Assembly: GCA_003222055.1 (NCBI GenBank)
Contig: QHUT01000055.1
Coordinates: 759-64,758, forward strand
From: Gemmatimonadota bacterium
Lineage (GTDB): Bacteria; Gemmatimonadota; Gemmatimonadetes; Gemmatimonadales; GWC2-71-9
DNA: 64,000 nt
Direction of reading: 5' to 3'
Shown here: piece by piece, positions 63,878-64,000 of the stretch
Layout of the letters: every line of letters starts with the position of its first letter
Position numbering within the stretch: the stretch's first letter is position 1
Made by a program: the position numbers and the translations under genes
Notes under the pieces: generated by a model
Database searches by the model: none
What the model saw: the letters and a program-made list of their open reading frames with translations, nothing else
Told to the model about the DNA's origin: nothing

Positions 63878-64000
63878 CGGAGGCGCCCGTGACGACCGTC
63901 GCTTCGCCCCCGGCACAGCCACCCGGGCCACCCACCCCGGCGGCGCCGCCGGTCGTCGAGCAGCCCCGGCCCAGGCCGGCCCAGACGGGCGTGTGGATCG
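63874..64000 (+). CDS. 5' part of probable cytochrome c oxidase subunit III (truncated by the window edge)
   Basis: GTG overlaps the coxA stop; frame is open to the end (…AQTGVWI); operon position. Confidence 0.55.
   Translation, partial: MTEAPVTTVASPPAQPPGPPTPAAPPVVEQPRPRPAQTGVWI

Overview
High-GC bacterial chromosomal window. Gene content and style suggest Gemmatimonadota, which is an inference. About 60 densely packed genes; no rRNA, tRNA, CRISPR array, transposase or prophage was seen. In order: a UGA-interrupted, probably selenocysteine-containing exported peroxiredoxin; a 3-ketoglycoside-type sugar operon with GH20 and a DPP-IV-like peptidase; argGH; an HNH gene; NtrY/NtrX-like genes with an Omp85-like barrel and a DUF4390-like protein; a YtrA-type GntR/ABC operon; a NYN-LOTUS protein; mpg; a dipeptidase; three paralogous OM beta-barrels; tdh-kbl; a Cys-type formate dehydrogenase alpha; rho-ruvX-mltG with thiE antisense before aroH-rlmI; a MoxR/DUF58 cluster; and a Ser/Thr kinase cluster. 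The best candidate for a novel system is at the right end: a Cyc2-like cytochrome-porin, a dihaem cytochrome c, a cupredoxin and an aa3-type oxidase in one operon, mirroring the Acidithiobacillus rus operon. Also notable are heptamer-palindrome elements that appear to be translated inside signal peptides, and a possible non-contiguous operon in which aroH and thiE share overlapping start codons. All family calls come from recognising motifs by eye; no searches were run.
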